This document shows positions 19,357 through 20,000 of a DNA stretch of 20,000 nt, one piece after another (positions within the stretch are counted from its first letter, which is position 1; every line of letters begins with the position of its first letter). Source of the DNA: Chiloscyllium plagiosum (lineage: Eukaryota); assembly GCF_004010195.1 (NCBI RefSeq), contig NC_057756.1:7297296-7317295 (forward strand). The letters are read 5' to 3'. The notes below the pieces were generated by a model, which saw nothing but the letters and a program-made list of their open reading frames with translations, had not been told where the DNA came from and searched no databases. The translations under genes and the position numbers were made by a program.

Positions 19357-20000
19357 AAGTCAGGAAGGCGGCTAAACCCGAGATTCTACACCTGTAGTAT
19401 CTCCCACCCACCCTCCTCCTCTAACCTTCTTAACTACTCTGCTTTTTCTTTTAAGGTAAGGATTTTTATTTCTTTACCAGGGACTAGTTAAAAAATTACT
19501 TTTTTTGTGTGTGTGTATACATCAAGTCCTTATTTAGGGTAAAAAAAACTATAGCAGAGAGCTATCAGAAGGTATTCTAACTCATACTTGTACAAAGTAA
19601 GTAATTAACTAACTAAGCAGAGATGGCTGGGCAGGTGATGTGCTGTTGCTGTATGATGTGGGAGCTGGCTGATCCCATTGTGAACGGCAGTGACCACATC
19701 TGCAGCAAGTGTTGGTTGCTGGAAGAACTCCGGATCAGAGTTGATGATCTGGAATCTGAGCTTCAAACACTGCGGCACATCCGGGAGGGGGAGAGTTACC
19801 TGGATGCTTTGTTTCAGGAGGCAGTCACACCAGGGAGATTAAGTAATACACATTCAGCTAGTGATCAGGCACAAAAGAGTGTGACTGTAAGTGAGGCAGG
19901 TAGGGGGAACCGGAGTTCAGGAGTGGAGGAGCCTCAGCCCTTGACCTTGTCCAACAGGTACGAGATTCTTGCTCCCTGTACGGATGAGGAAAAGGCTCTG
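19320..20000 (+). mobile_element. 5' end (5' UTR and start of ORF1) of a CR1-type LINE, continuing past the window
   Basis: A ~300 nt leader with a TAA(C/G/T)-repeat tract lies just upstream of an open CR1-type ORF1. There is an abrupt junction with the Penelope fragment near 19298. Confidence 0.8.
19623..20000 (+). CDS. CR1 LINE ORF1p N-terminus (zinc finger and leucine-zipper coiled coil), partial and open to the window end
   Basis: 126 codons without a stop: MAGQVMCCCCMMWELADPIVNGSDHICSKCWLLEELRIRVDDLESELQTLRHIREGESYLDALFQEAVTP...PQPLTLSNRYEILAPCTDEEKAL. It has CxxC...CxxC, heptad leucines and an LSNRY motif. It is missing from the ORF track because no stop falls in the window. Confidence 0.85.
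   Translation, partial: MAGQVMCCCCMMWELADPIVNGSDHICSKCWLLEELRIRVDDLESELQTLRHIREGESYLDALFQEAVTPGRLSNTHSASDQAQKSVTVSEAGRGNRSSGVEEPQPLTLSNRYEILAPCTDEEKAL

Noticed and set aside
18812..19411. 199-aa minus-strand ORF
   Set aside because: It spans the antisense of a CR1 fragment, the 81-bp duplication, a Penelope end and a CR1 leader, and has no coherent protein features.

Overview
Eukaryotic, repeat-dense vertebrate DNA, most likely from a cartilaginous fish (shark), judging by HE1-type V-SINEs, HER1/CR1-type LINE fragments and Penelope-like elements. The only clear host gene is a two-exon GPR139/GPR142-like class A GPCR pseudogene on the + strand. Exon 1 is at 11125-11191 and exon 2 at 15664-16880. 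It carries a mutated splice donor, several stops and frameshifts, and a SINE inserted in exon 2 with a target-site duplication. Its ~4.5 kb intron holds a second tRNA-derived SINE, a CR1 3' fragment and a ~2.3 kb inverted pair of Penelope-like elements whose outer ends carry decayed hammerhead-ribozyme cores. A ~476 bp solo LTR lies just downstream of the gene. The window ends in the 5' end of an apparently young CR1 LINE with an uninterrupted ORF1. That element sits in the hammerhead stem-loop of a Penelope end and has a perfect 24-bp inverted repeat at its 5' junction. A degenerate, possibly Ig-domain-like exon remnant lies on the minus strand at 2663-2939 (speculative). No prokaryotic features, CRISPR arrays or rRNA/tRNA genes were seen. 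Repeat family names come from motif recognition, not database searches, and many boundaries are approximate.
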